From positions 71,427 through 135,426 of the IMG/VR virus record IMGVR_UViG_3300035698_029829: a stretch of 64,000 nt of DNA; one strand, written 5' to 3'. Each line of letters starts with the position of its first letter. The stretch's first letter is position 1. Shown piece after piece: positions 8,796 through 18,500 of the stretch. Both the position numbers and the translations under genes were made by a program. Source of the DNA: a virus. Lineage: Duplodnaviria > Heunggongvirae > Uroviricota > Caudoviricetes. Below the pieces are notes generated by a model. The model made no database searches. It saw only the letters and a list, made by a program, of their open reading frames with translations, and had not been told where the DNA came from.

Positions 8796-10237
8796 TATCG
8801 CGTACCGCTTTGAAGCGCGGTTACGTCCACATCATTGTCAGGAACTAGCTGGCCCGCCGCCGCGTTCTCTCTGCGAGTTTTCACGTCTCGAACCACGCTG
8901 ATAATAGGATTCCAGTAAATGCGGGTAGGAAAACTTTCTAAAAGATTGACCCAGAACGGCGGCAATTTGTCGATGATTACCTGCTTCACCGATCCTGGAG
9001 CCAGCAGCAGAGCTTGAAAGAAATTACCAAAATCGTCCCACACGTTCTTAGACATCATCTTGACTTTGCCGCCGACAGCCGCGCACTGCGGGTTGGAGCA
9101 CGATTGGTTTTTCAGTCCGCCGGGCACATTTTTCCCACAATAAACACATACCGGAGTATCACGAACGTAGTGTCCGGCTCCGCCGCGCGAGTTGAAAACG
9201 GTCTCGGCGTGTTCCAATGCCTTCTCAAAGGATTCCATGAGCGCAGGCAACTTTGAGTCCCCGTAGTTGGACCACTCTTCGATACGACGACGAACATCTG
9301 GATCAAGTCGATCTGGCGAATGATCACCCGAACCAGGCATTCGTTTGAACATCTCGACGGGGTCGATGGGATTAAAATCCTTCTCATAAAATGTCATAAA
9401 AGTGGTCTTCTCGGCGGTGCCGATAAGTCCCTCAATGATCGACCAGGCAGCAGCCGAATAGGAGTCCTTCCCGAGCACTTCAAGTGCCCCTAGCGTCCGC
9501 GACACAAATTCCCAAGCACGTTCATTAGGTTTCACCAAGGAAAGAATCAACTCGGCGAACCAGCCTATGGGCGACGGGTTCAAGGTGTTAATACCGCCTC
9601 GCTCAACGTGCGCGATAACCGACGAATGTACCTTCTCACGCCGCGCCCACGTCACCCACGCTTCCTTGCTGGAAAGCACCTGAACGTGCGTGAAGCGTGA
9701 AAAGAAAGCCGCACCGAACTGCGTCAGGCCAAACTCATCCTCGTCCGCCGGGTTACAGGCGGCGATGACCATCGTGTCGGGGTGAAACTGGTGTGTGAAG
9801 AGTCTTTTTTCCAACACAAGTTGGTGCACGGCGTTTATTTCAAAGCGACGACCACGGTTGGCCTCATCCAAGAAAATGATGACCGGCTCTTCCAGGCAAG
9901 CGGTCATCCACTGGGGCATCGCATAGGCGGTCACCCAGTTATCGGCATAAGCTGCAAGTAACGCAGGGATAGAGTCAGCCGACGCCGCGCCATTGAAGGC
10001 GAGAAGGACTTCCTTGAAGCCCTCCTTAGCCGCCGACTCCAAAATCGGAATCGCTTTCGGCATTCCAATCAGATCAGTAGCCTCAACTTGAGCGAGAATC
10101 AACGTGATGACTCGACGCTTTACCTCATTCCCGAACTCATAAACGACGGACGATTTGCCAACTCCGTGCTTGCCCCACAGCATCAGATTGATCCTGGCTT
10201 CCATCGCCAATCGCAACTTCGACTTGAGTGTTAGCAA
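8795..10237 (-). CDS. MoxR-like AAA+ ATPase
   Basis: Walker A 'LWGKHGVGKSS'; Walker B-like 'IIFLDEANRG'; TTG start with AAGGGGGAG RBS; promoter motif upstream. Confidence 0.7.
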   Translation of the reverse strand: MLTLKSKLRLAMEARINLMLWGKHGVGKSSVVYEFGNEVKRRVITLILAQVEATDLIGMPKAIPILESAAKEGFKEVLLAFNGAASADSIPALLAAYADNWVTAYAMPQWMTACLEEPVIIFLDEANRGRRFEINAVHQLVLEKRLFTHQFHPDTMVIAACNPADEDEFGLTQFGAAFFSRFTHVQVLSSKEAWVTWARREKVHSSVIAHVERGGINTLNPSPIGWFAELILSLVKPNERAWEFVSRTLGALEVLGKDSYSAAAWSIIEGLIGTAEKTTFMTFYEKDFNPIDPVEMFKRMPGSGDHSPDRLDPDVRRRIEEWSNYGDSKLPALMESFEKALEHAETVFNSRGGAGHYVRDTPVCVYCGKNVPGGLKNQSCSNPQCAAVGGKVKMMSKNVWDDFGNFFQALLLAPGSVKQVIIDKLPPFWVNLLESFPTRIYWNPIISVVRDVKTRRENAAAGQLVPDNDVDVTALQSGTR

Positions 10238-10285
10238 AGGCTCCCCCTTAACAGTTTAGGACGCCGTTATTGACGACCTAAAATT

Positions 10286-10321
10286 GTTTTACTAAAACCC
10301 ATTGGGTTTGTCAAGAGTTTT
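10286..10321 (-). promoter_or_regulatory. conserved sigma70-like promoter
   Basis: TTGACAAACCCAATGGGTTTTAGTAAAAC on minus strand upstream of 8795..10237. Confidence 0.6.
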
Positions 10322-10330
10322 GTTATCGAT

Positions 10331-11623
10331 CTACGCAGGTTTTGTGTACTTATCAACCCATTTGCCCAACAAATCCCGCTTTGCCTGCGAAACCGCAGGG
10401 ACCGCCGTCTGATCAAAGAGGAGTGAAATGTCCGGCGGCGACGCCGGAACGGGCTCATCCATCGACCTACACAAATCGGACAACACCCACTTGCCTACCG
10501 GTACGGGCACGGAAGAACCGAGCACACGCAAGCCAGGCAGATAGTAATTGCCCACGTAATAGTCATCAGGTAAACCAAACAACCTGGCCACTTCGCGCAA
10601 GGTCAACGGCCGGTCGTGCGCCGGATGTATGTAGCGCTCGACACTGCCAATGGTCGGGGCTGGGAGTCCTCTAAGCAGGCGCACCGGCAATTGACTTTTC
10701 AACAGCCCTTTCCTGAGAAGAAGGTGCCCCCGCGCGTCTTTTTCAATCACAATGCTGCCTTCGTTGATGCGTCTCCGTATCCCCTCCGGCCACTTACTCA
10801 GGTCTTCCACTTCAGAGAGTGCCTGGCCCTCGGCCAACAACGAACAGGAGCCCCACAGCAAATCGGATGCAAGTGACGATTTGGCCCGCTGCTTCATCTT
10901 TTGAGGTACGATGTGACCTTCGATTTCTCGACCCTCCAGAGCCATGATCGTAGCGTAGCGCCCGTCGAAACTGCATTTCAAATCAAAAAGGTCGGCGATG
11001 GCCGCCCAACTGGTGGGCAGCTCGTCCGACCGGATGCCCTGCGGGTAAGGTATCGTCGGATTGAAAAAGAAATCGCGCGTCCCTATTGCCACGGTGATCT
11101 TCCGGTCCTGGGCCACCCCGTGCAATACAGCATTGGTCGTCATCGTCTTCCAGGTGTACTCCGACAACTGGCTCGCCAATAAATTAAGATGCCGCTGGCC
11201 CCGGCTATAGAGCATCCCCGTTCCGAAGATGACGACCGCGCGCGGGCGCAAATCTTTCGCTATGCGCACGAAGTCATCGCCGTCCTCACCTAGAAGGCTA
11301 CCGATCTCAAAGCCCGCATCCGATGCTTTCGCCGCACGGTGCATTCCCTTTGATCCGCTGAATTGGGGTTGACCGAACAAGATATCGATCTTCTGCTCTC
11401 GAAGGCTTGCGAGGGGATCATCCCACCGGCGTTCACCATCCACGAACACGCGTTCCACTCCGAAAACGCGCTCGCATGTTCGCGCAAATATGTTATTGGA
11501 ACGGATACGCTTGCCGCCTCGCGCATCCAACAGCGCAAGCACCTTTATCCCCACTCCTTCAGCCGCCAAAGCCAAGCTACCACCAAAGGCGTGCAGGCCG
11601 ACGGCAGTTTTTATTGCCGACAT
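10331..11623 (-). CDS. DNA cytosine-C5 methyltransferase-fold protein, apparently lacking catalytic PCQ Cys and ENV motif
   Basis: Motif I-like 'LHAFGGSLALAAEGVG'; motif IV position reads 'FGQPQFSGS' (no Cys); motif IX/X-like 'LTLREVARLFGLPDDYY' and 'GSSVPVPVGKWV'. Alignment by eye to M.HhaI-type enzymes. Confidence 0.5.
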   Translation of the reverse strand: MSAIKTAVGLHAFGGSLALAAEGVGIKVLALLDARGGKRIRSNNIFARTCERVFGVERVFVDGERRWDDPLASLREQKIDILFGQPQFSGSKGMHRAAKASDAGFEIGSLLGEDGDDFVRIAKDLRPRAVVIFGTGMLYSRGQRHLNLLASQLSEYTWKTMTTNAVLHGVAQDRKITVAIGTRDFFFNPTIPYPQGIRSDELPTSWAAIADLFDLKCSFDGRYATIMALEGREIEGHIVPQKMKQRAKSSLASDLLWGSCSLLAEGQALSEVEDLSKWPEGIRRRINEGSIVIEKDARGHLLLRKGLLKSQLPVRLLRGLPAPTIGSVERYIHPAHDRPLTLREVARLFGLPDDYYVGNYYLPGLRVLGSSVPVPVGKWVLSDLCRSMDEPVPASPPDISLLFDQTAVPAVSQAKRDLLGKWVDKYTKPA

Positions 11624-11625
11624 CT

Positions 11626-12108
11626 TCAGTCTCCTTTTTCCCGTTTTTTCGCCATATCGACGACGTTCTCACCACGCTCCAAGGATTTACCCCTGCGATT
11701 CCATACCTCATATAGTTCCTTGACCGGTATCTCCGGTTTCTTGGCGACGGCTACTACGAACTCCGGCAAGCACGCCAGATACTTCTGCCCCAGAAAGAAG
11801 AAAGGCGATGCACCACGATGAATAACCCACTGCCCCACCTTTAGCGGGTGGTCGGAATTCCAACCCGGCATCTCATGCACCTTCTCGCCCAGAGCCACAA
11901 CCTCGCAGAGGTTAGTGACCCAGTGTCGTTCATTCACGCCCGGCGCAACGATGTTTCCCTGCACCACGAAATCCTTGGGTGGCCCAAAGAGACCGCCCTT
12001 CTCGGCGTCGACCTCTCGAAGCAGGACAATCTGCTCGTTGGGGACCAGCTCGTGTTCCTTCGGCAACCTGAAACGCCACAATTTGTCTTCGCCCTGCATC
12101 GCGTACAC
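11626..12108 (-). CDS. hypothetical protein, possibly GroES/Gp31-like co-chaperonin fold
   Basis: 'LVPNEQIVLLREVDAEKGGLFGP' resembles the GroES 'VLVKR.E.E.KTAGGI' pattern (weak); promoter and RBS upstream. Confidence 0.35.
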   Translation of the reverse strand: MYAMQGEDKLWRFRLPKEHELVPNEQIVLLREVDAEKGGLFGPPKDFVVQGNIVAPGVNERHWVTNLCEVVALGEKVHEMPGWNSDHPLKVGQWVIHRGASPFFFLGQKYLACLPEFVVAVAKKPEIPVKELYEVWNRRGKSLERGENVVDMAKKREKGD

Positions 12109-12121
12109 CTTTCTTACCTAC

Positions 12122-12157
12122 TTCATAGTAAAAATAAGTAGGTTTGTCAAGAGTTTA
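12122..12157 (-). promoter_or_regulatory. conserved sigma70-like promoter
   Basis: TTGACAAACCTACTTATTTTTACTATGAA on minus strand; spacer contains 7-bp inverted repeat CCTACTT/AAGTAGG. Confidence 0.55.
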
Positions 12158-12163
12158 TTCTCG

Positions 12164-14989
12164 TTATCCGCACACGCTGTACCCACACTCGGGGCACTTG
12201 TAACAGCCTCCCTCTAAAATAAGACGACCTTTGCATCCACTGGTTGTACACCTCGGCCGAATCACATTAAGGGTGCGTTCAGGGAGCACTTCATTGGGAT
12301 CGTCTTGATGAGCATCAGCCAATAATCCCTTGAAGCATTGCGCCAGCTCATAGTGAAAGTCCTTACCTCGACTACACTTTTCCAGGTTACGGATGATCTC
12401 TTCAGCCGACGTACCCCGCCGCAAGAGATTCGAGGTAAGCCGAGCCGTCAAATTGCGCGACTTCACAACCTCCAAGAATTCTTCCGGTATCCCCGCATCG
12501 AAGTTCAAGAACACCTCGATAGGCCATTTCCCATCCAAAAGCGTTACAGTCGCAAAAATCTTCCCGCCTCTAATGGCTGGGTCGGTAATACGAAAAACAA
12601 CCGAGGCTTCCTTATCGCTGAGTGGCAACTTTGGGATTGCCTTCGGGAGGATGCGCCGCCCCTCGTCCACCTCCATTTGATCATAGATTTGTTCAGTCTT
12701 CGAATGATGCCGGTAGACGGTCACCCCGAAACACCCCATCTCTCGCGCTTTACGAAAAACGCGAAGCACATCCTCCACCGTCGCGCTCTCCGGCAGGTTT
12801 ACCGTCTTCGAAATGCCATTGTGCACCACCCGCTGACAGACGGCTTGCATGAGTACGTGATCGTCCGGCGTCATAGTAAAGGCTGCCACGAAGTACGGCG
12901 GCAAATTCTTCAAAGGTATCTCTACCTCCCCATTCAGCACCTTATTACGATCAAGGCCCAACACGCGTTCGGCATAATCCAACACTACTTGAGGGTAATA
13001 CTTGCGCGTCACGTAAACAGTGCCGCCGGTACTGGTGGTTTCAGCGTGCTTCCTCTTGAAAGGCGTAAGCTGGTAGAGTGGCTCAATACCCGAAGACTCA
13101 GTGCAGTTGCAAATGAAACTCGTAGTGCCGGTGGGCATCAGAAAAGTGGTATGACAATGCCGAATACCCTCTTTCTTGATGCGCCGAAACAAATCAAGCC
13201 AAGAGTCTATCGAAATCCGCCCGCACTCGATCAATCCAGCTGCGAAAGCGAAGCCACCCTTCTTGAAACGCTCGACCACCGACTGCCGCGAAATGGTCTC
13301 AGTCTTGAGATCGCCTAACTCCAAATCACTAAAGTCCCAACGCGACCCCCGAATCGACGGAAAGCTACCACGCAAAGGATCATCACCCTTCCAAGGCGAA
13401 AAGACATCTTCCGGAGTCCACATGAACGCCGAAGAATCGTCATGAGCGTTGTGCCCAGCAGCTTCCCAAACCGTCATCTCTGAGTGAGGTTTTTCACTCT
13501 CCTTCTTGTGTTTATCGCGCCACGTACCCCAAGCAACCCGTAACTTGTCGGGATCAAACCTGCCTACTGTATTTTTTTGTTTTCGCGCTTCCACAGCCAG
13601 GCTAACCGACTCATCCATGCTCCAAAAGGTCACACGCTCCAATAACTCGGACGCCATCGCTCGCCCTTCCTCGCCATTATAGCGCAGGCCAAGCCGGATC
13701 AGCACATTGGCTAAACCAAAAACGCCCAAACCGATAGGCCGAATGAGCTGCGTTATCAGGGTGGATTCCAAGGTGGGTAAGCGATTCACATCAACCACAC
13801 GATCAAGGGTGCGCGTCATAAGGCGCGTCGTTTTCTCCAGCGTCTCCAAATCCATTTCCCACGCCCACTTCTCACCGCCTTCAATAAACCGCACGTGTGC
13901 ATCAAGATTGATGGAGCCAAGGTTGCATGTTGGGCCACCATTGTCGAAAGGCGGCAGCCCCGAGGGCTCATCATTGTACTCATCGACGCCAGGCAAGGGC
14001 GCGTAAAATTCACCGCACGGATTTGGGTTACGGATGTAGCCGACGTTCGGTACGAAGTTGCGCCGATTCACCTGGTCAATGAAGATGACGCCGGGACAAC
14101 CAGCCTCCCACGCCTCCTCAGCAATGGAACGAAGCACCTTCTGAGCGGATACGGTATCATAAATTACGCCTCCCCAGTGAAGATGCCACAGGCCCTCTTT
14201 AGCCTGACGCACCGCTTGTTCTCCGTACTGGTCGCGCATCTTCTCCGAAGTATGCTCGGGCAATTCCGCCCTCTCCTCGGTGCCACCAGTGGGTCGTCGC
14301 CAACCGTTCGGCGCGATCACGCCCTTATCATCCACGCAACTGAACCAATCTTCGGGACCAGATCCTTCCAGATCGGCCAGGCGAAACAACGCGTCCGGCG
14401 CTGCCACTGACAGGTTTATCGAGCTAAGGTGAGTACCGTCTCCGGAGCGCTGCGCGTCTGATTTGGCGGAAACGAAGGACCAAACATCGGGATGCTCCGC
14501 CCGAAGGACGGCGATTTGAGCAGCCTTTCGAAGCCCTCCGCCGCTCACCGCCTTACCAGCCCAATCATAGAAACCCATGAATGAGACCGGACCCGTGCTC
14601 ACGCCGCCGGTCTTTTCGATGGTGGCCCCAGCCGGTCGAAGCGTCGAAAAGTCTATCCCCACGCCCCCGGCCTTCTTGAAGGTGTCGGCAGTCAGAGTGA
14701 GGGTGGCCATGATGCTCTTGAGGCTGTCGTGAACCGGATAGATGAAGCAACTCGACAGCATCCCCAACCTGCCCCCTGCATTCATAAGAGTGGGGGAAGC
14801 CATGATAGCGCGACGATTGAGGAACGCCTCAAATGCCTCCTTCCGCAGCTTCTCCATACCCTTTTCGCCAAACAACGCCCCCGACACGCGTTCACAGAGC
14901 GCCACCCATTTTTCACCGGGTAGATAGTACCTCTTCTCCAAAAGCTCCTCTATGTACGGCTCCAGGCGAATGTCCTGTTGTCCTTTCAT
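12164..14989 (-). CDS. nrdJ: ribonucleotide reductase, class II (B12-dependent) type
   Basis: 'SPTLMNAGG', 'SSCFI', 'NPCGEF' catalytic blocks; C-terminal zinc ribbon 'CKGR..CYKCPECG'. Confidence 0.8.
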   Translation of the reverse strand: MKGQQDIRLEPYIEELLEKRYYLPGEKWVALCERVSGALFGEKGMEKLRKEAFEAFLNRRAIMASPTLMNAGGRLGMLSSCFIYPVHDSLKSIMATLTLTADTFKKAGGVGIDFSTLRPAGATIEKTGGVSTGPVSFMGFYDWAGKAVSGGGLRKAAQIAVLRAEHPDVWSFVSAKSDAQRSGDGTHLSSINLSVAAPDALFRLADLEGSGPEDWFSCVDDKGVIAPNGWRRPTGGTEERAELPEHTSEKMRDQYGEQAVRQAKEGLWHLHWGGVIYDTVSAQKVLRSIAEEAWEAGCPGVIFIDQVNRRNFVPNVGYIRNPNPCGEFYAPLPGVDEYNDEPSGLPPFDNGGPTCNLGSINLDAHVRFIEGGEKWAWEMDLETLEKTTRLMTRTLDRVVDVNRLPTLESTLITQLIRPIGLGVFGLANVLIRLGLRYNGEEGRAMASELLERVTFWSMDESVSLAVEARKQKNTVGRFDPDKLRVAWGTWRDKHKKESEKPHSEMTVWEAAGHNAHDDSSAFMWTPEDVFSPWKGDDPLRGSFPSIRGSRWDFSDLELGDLKTETISRQSVVERFKKGGFAFAAGLIECGRISIDSWLDLFRRIKKEGIRHCHTTFLMPTGTTSFICNCTESSGIEPLYQLTPFKRKHAETTSTGGTVYVTRKYYPQVVLDYAERVLGLDRNKVLNGEVEIPLKNLPPYFVAAFTMTPDDHVLMQAVCQRVVHNGISKTVNLPESATVEDVLRVFRKAREMGCFGVTVYRHHSKTEQIYDQMEVDEGRRILPKAIPKLPLSDKEASVVFRITDPAIRGGKIFATVTLLDGKWPIEVFLNFDAGIPEEFLEVVKSRNLTARLTSNLLRRGTSAEEIIRNLEKCSRGKDFHYELAQCFKGLLADAHQDDPNEVLPERTLNVIRPRCTTSGCKGRLILEGGCYKCPECGYSVCG

Positions 14990-15549
14990 TTTTTATTCTT
15001 CTCCCATCGTGGTTTAGATGGCCAATATGATCTTCCCTTAATAGGCGCATCAGGTGACGACACCCCCAGCAAACACCGGTACCCGCAGTTCAGACACTCA
15101 GGGTTTTCCTCTTTGCCACCAGGATTCGAAATGATCACTATCCGCACGCCTCGATCTTTGTTAAGCGAATGCAGCTGATCGACGATCTCCCTCAACTCGG
15201 CCGTATTTAACGGCTGCCAACGAGCCTCGCCGTCGCAGAGGCGCTCGATCTGGATGAAGCTCTTCTGCCGCATATCCGGCAACTCACCATAATCGTTATC
15301 GTCAAAGGGGCCAAAAAATTGCTCAAAAGTACCCTCCTTCTCATCGCCCCTGCGCTCGCGGAGCGCCACAATGGCCGCCCATCGAGCGGCCTTTGCCATC
15401 TGAAGGTTGTACCCCAGATAAAGAGCGACCCGCGCCACCGCGCGCGGTGACCTCGCGTCGCGGGCGATCAATGCCAAAGGGGTCCCGGCAATAGGCGCTC
15501 CCAGCTCCAACAGTTGCGAGGTAGTATGCTTGTTTCTTCTCTCTCTCAC
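14986..15549 (-). CDS. hypothetical protein
   Basis: 187-aa ORF overlapping RNR start by 4 nt. Confidence 0.45.
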   Translation of the reverse strand: MRERRNKHTTSQLLELGAPIAGTPLALIARDARSPRAVARVALYLGYNLQMAKAARWAAIVALRERRGDEKEGTFEQFFGPFDDNDYGELPDMRQKSFIQIERLCDGEARWQPLNTAELREIVDQLHSLNKDRGVRIVIISNPGGKEENPECLNCGYRCLLGVSSPDAPIKGRSYWPSKPRWEKNKK

Positions 15550-15614
15550 GATGTCCTTTCAGTTCAGGTCACCTGTTAGCTTACCAGGGAGGAAGTTTGG
15601 GGCGCATCAAAAAT

Positions 15615-15983
15615 CTAGTGGGGTTCCTGGCGCAGCCAAGCCGCGAGAAGAAGGGTATGGCAAAACCGGCCATCAGAGCAAAAACAGAGCAATATCAACT
15701 CCTCGCAGTCCCGCGTCAGATCGAAAAGCCGCTGCACTGCCCCGGAAGCCCGAGCAGCCAAGTAGATGTCCCGATAGCGAGCAGCGTAGGCCGCCAGCGA
15801 CATCTCACCGGATTTCACCCCCATCACCATCTGCCAAGTAGGGGCGAAAAGCTTACCGATGCCTACCCCGAATTTCGCCGTCACATCTAAGACGACGGTG
15901 CCGGTATTAGGCTCGGTTTCCGATAACTTGGGGAGTTTCAGCTTCTTTGCACGAGCGAGTTGAGCGCGGGAGATCAACATCAA
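15615..15983 (-). CDS. hypothetical protein
   Basis: 122-aa ORF. Confidence 0.4.
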   Translation of the reverse strand: MMLISRAQLARAKKLKLPKLSETEPNTGTVVLDVTAKFGVGIGKLFAPTWQMVMGVKSGEMSLAAYAARYRDIYLAARASGAVQRLFDLTRDCEELILLCFCSDGRFCHTLLLAAWLRQEPH

Positions 15984-16739
15984 TCAAAGCTCGCCATGGG
16001 ACAGCGCGGTATCGTCAACGGGCACCGGTTCTCCGAGCAACTCTAAGATAAAGCGTCGCTCCTTCTCATCCACAAAGAACTTCTTGGCGAAAGACCGCTT
16101 CACCCCCTTCTCGGACTGTCTGAAGCGTATCACAGCCAACCGGCCTCCACGTGCCACCGACGGTGCATCTGCCACATAAGCAAACGGCGTATCCTTGGCA
16201 ATAAGATCGCGGTCGCGTATCACACGAAGTCCCCGAAACATATCGCCTTCCTTGAGGACTTCGTCGTCCACTTTCAGACAGAGATCGCCCGGAATGATGA
16301 AGCCGCCGCCCTTCACGCGGCACCGAGCTTTAGAGGCGGCATCACCAAGGAGAAGCTGTAGCTGTATCCGCGTCATTTGTACTGTAAAGACAGAAAGAGG
16401 CACCTCATTCGCCTTCGACAACCCCGGCAACGGCACCAACTCATCCAGCCTCTGAGACACATCCGACAACACCTGCTGAGCGATGTCTAAACTCACAACC
16501 GCCTCGGGACCAGTGAATTCAATCTTCAAGCTCTCCTTGTCAAGCTTATCCAGCACTGCCGGTGCCCACGCCTCTGGCAGCACAGGTCGACAATCTTGGC
16601 AAGCCAACAGCACAGCTTTCGTTTCCTTGCTCTTCCGGACAAAGATCTCGCGCGGTCCCTGAGTAGGCGCAAGGTCTGTCCCACAAGCTACGCATCTGGC
16701 CTTATCACTCGACGGAACTTTGATCGCTTGTAATGTCAT
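15984..16739 (-). CDS. hypothetical protein
   Basis: 251-aa ORF; 'CVACG...CQDC' N-terminal Cys pairs. Confidence 0.5.
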   Translation of the reverse strand: MTLQAIKVPSSDKARCVACGTDLAPTQGPREIFVRKSKETKAVLLACQDCRPVLPEAWAPAVLDKLDKESLKIEFTGPEAVVSLDIAQQVLSDVSQRLDELVPLPGLSKANEVPLSVFTVQMTRIQLQLLLGDAASKARCRVKGGGFIIPGDLCLKVDDEVLKEGDMFRGLRVIRDRDLIAKDTPFAYVADAPSVARGGRLAVIRFRQSEKGVKRSFAKKFFVDEKERRFILELLGEPVPVDDTALSHGEL

Positions 16740-17310
16740 TTTCTGTTGCCCCAGATATTTTTTTGTGTTCTGTCCCTTCGATCTTTGGTAGTTCTTTCTC
16801 CGCCGTCTTACCTATGCCTCTCAGGCGCTCAGTCAGAGAAGCCCAAATGTTGAGCTTATCGAGCACGAACACAGCGACTTTGAGTAGATCGCCAACGGCG
16901 TCGGAGAACTGTAACCACAGCAAAGACAAAGAACCAGGTCTCTTCCAAGCAAACGCATCATAAAAGTACGGCGTCTCGCCAGGGCCTTGTTCCATAAGCG
17001 ACGCCCTCAACATCTCATCATCGTAGGCTTTCCTGATAGGAGGCGTCTTGGGCTTTACCGAATGCGTCTCGCCGTACTTATCCACGCGCAGCTCAGCCTG
17101 GTTCATAACCTGAAGCAGCGAAATGGTGTCGAAGGCATGTTGCGCGCCGCACGACGGGCAATAGGTGAAGGAGGAATCGAAGATTGCCTCGCAGTTAGGA
17201 CATAGCCGCGCACGCCGGAGCAATGTCCAAAAGGCCGTATAACCCGGCCTTTCACGCACCGAATTATGAAACAGGAATTTGGGGCTACTCGCACCTTGTT
17301 GTTCATTCAC
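16705..17310 (-). CDS. hypothetical zinc-ribbon protein
   Basis: 'CPNCEAIFDSSFTYCPSCG'. Confidence 0.5.
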   Translation of the reverse strand: MNEQQGASSPKFLFHNSVRERPGYTAFWTLLRRARLCPNCEAIFDSSFTYCPSCGAQHAFDTISLLQVMNQAELRVDKYGETHSVKPKTPPIRKAYDDEMLRASLMEQGPGETPYFYDAFAWKRPGSLSLLWLQFSDAVGDLLKVAVFVLDKLNIWASLTERLRGIGKTAEKELPKIEGTEHKKISGATENDITSDQSSVE

Positions 17311-17313
17311 GCT

Positions 17314-17604
17314 TTAATCTCCTTCTTTCCCACGTTCACCCGCAGTGCGCTGTGCCTCGCCCAGCGCGTGCGATAGCGCCGCCAGGCAAGAGGTGCACAG
17401 ATCATCCGCCTTCGCCCGAATAGTAGTCACATGGCGATGACAAACAGAACATCGGGGTCGAATACCCGTGCTCTTCCCCCCGAGATCCTCCACGCGGAAG
17501 TTAAAATTATGATAAGCACTAGAGCCGGTCGACCGCTCACCTTTAGAAATGTGCACGGTCGACCGGCTTCCATCTGATTTCCTAACATCGTGTCGCGTCT
17601 CCAT
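17314..17604 (-). CDS. hypothetical Cys/His-rich small protein
   Basis: 96-aa ORF 'CSVCHRH..CTSC'. Confidence 0.4.
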   Translation of the reverse strand: METRHDVRKSDGSRSTVHISKGERSTGSSAYHNFNFRVEDLGGKSTGIRPRCSVCHRHVTTIRAKADDLCTSCLAALSHALGEAQRTAGERGKEGD

Positions 17605-17650
17605 AATCCTCGTCCTCCTACTCTTAACTTACCAGACGAGGAAACTGGCG

Positions 17651-18466
17651 TCACGAAAAGAACGAGTTTTGGCTGGCCGCAACCGTCGTCTGGCTCGCGC
17701 GAATAACGCTTGCCGAGAGCATTCCGGTCATCTTCTTGATCGAAGCGTGCACGGCTGTATCGTCCTTAAAATCCAGCTCCAGCACGTTCGGAAAGCCGAT
17801 GTCACCCGCCATTTTCTGCGGCGAGAACTGGTCGTAACCCTTGAAACCGACCAAAGCCAGCACCGCGATTTCCTCCTGAGTGAGAGCCTGGCTAAGATTT
17901 TTCACCTCGGCTGTGGTAGCCCGGGAAGAATTGTCCTCGCCATCCGTGAAAACCACGGTGATAAGGCGCACGCGGTAACCATTATCCATCAGATCCTGTG
18001 CGTAGGCACGCGCGGAGGTGAGGGCGGACTTAACGGCGTCGTACTCGGCGGTCATGCCGCTGGGCGAGTAGGCGTCGAAGTCGTCGGTCACGTCGGCGAT
18101 CTTCTTGTGGGCGAACATTAACTGATGCTGCGTGTTGAAGGTCCACCCGGAGACCAGGATGGCGTCCGACTGCTTGTAGCCCTGAAGGTCGGTAATGATG
18201 GACTTGAGAGCCGCCACCACCAGATCGCGGTGCGGCGACATGGAGGAGGACTCATCCAGGATGAAGGTGAGGAGAATCGCTTCCTCTGTATCAAGGGTAT
18301 CCGGCGAAACGGCCTGCACGGTCGCCATCACCGTCTGATCGTCCAAACCGTCGATCAGGAGGTCGGAGATGTTTTTGTTCATAAATCCACCGGAGACCGC
18401 CTGCGAGAGCTTATCCTTCAGGTCAGCCACCGAGGTACTGCTGCGGAGATCTGGTTTGTTTTTCAT
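17651..18466 (-). CDS. von Willebrand factor A (VWA) domain protein
   Basis: MIDAS 'ILDESSSMS'; '...VVFTDGEDN'. Confidence 0.65.
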   Translation of the reverse strand: MKNKPDLRSSTSVADLKDKLSQAVSGGFMNKNISDLLIDGLDDQTVMATVQAVSPDTLDTEEAILLTFILDESSSMSPHRDLVVAALKSIITDLQGYKQSDAILVSGWTFNTQHQLMFAHKKIADVTDDFDAYSPSGMTAEYDAVKSALTSARAYAQDLMDNGYRVRLITVVFTDGEDNSSRATTAEVKNLSQALTQEEIAVLALVGFKGYDQFSPQKMAGDIGFPNVLELDFKDDTAVHASIKKMTGMLSASVIRASQTTVAASQNSFFS

Positions 18467-18500
18467 AGCTCGTTATCCTTTCTCGACTCGTAGACTCAGA

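Noticed and set aside
12338-13318. Long plus-strand ORFs antisense to large minus-strand genes (12338..13318, 18369..19283, 25753..27252, 29207..30400, 31418..32239, 33680..34384, 48416..49114, 45437..46723 on minus opposite tnpB#2)
   Set aside because: Shadow ORFs inside well-supported genes (RNR, isochorismatase, 655-aa protein, TnpB, SPFH etc.); no RBS or promoter support.
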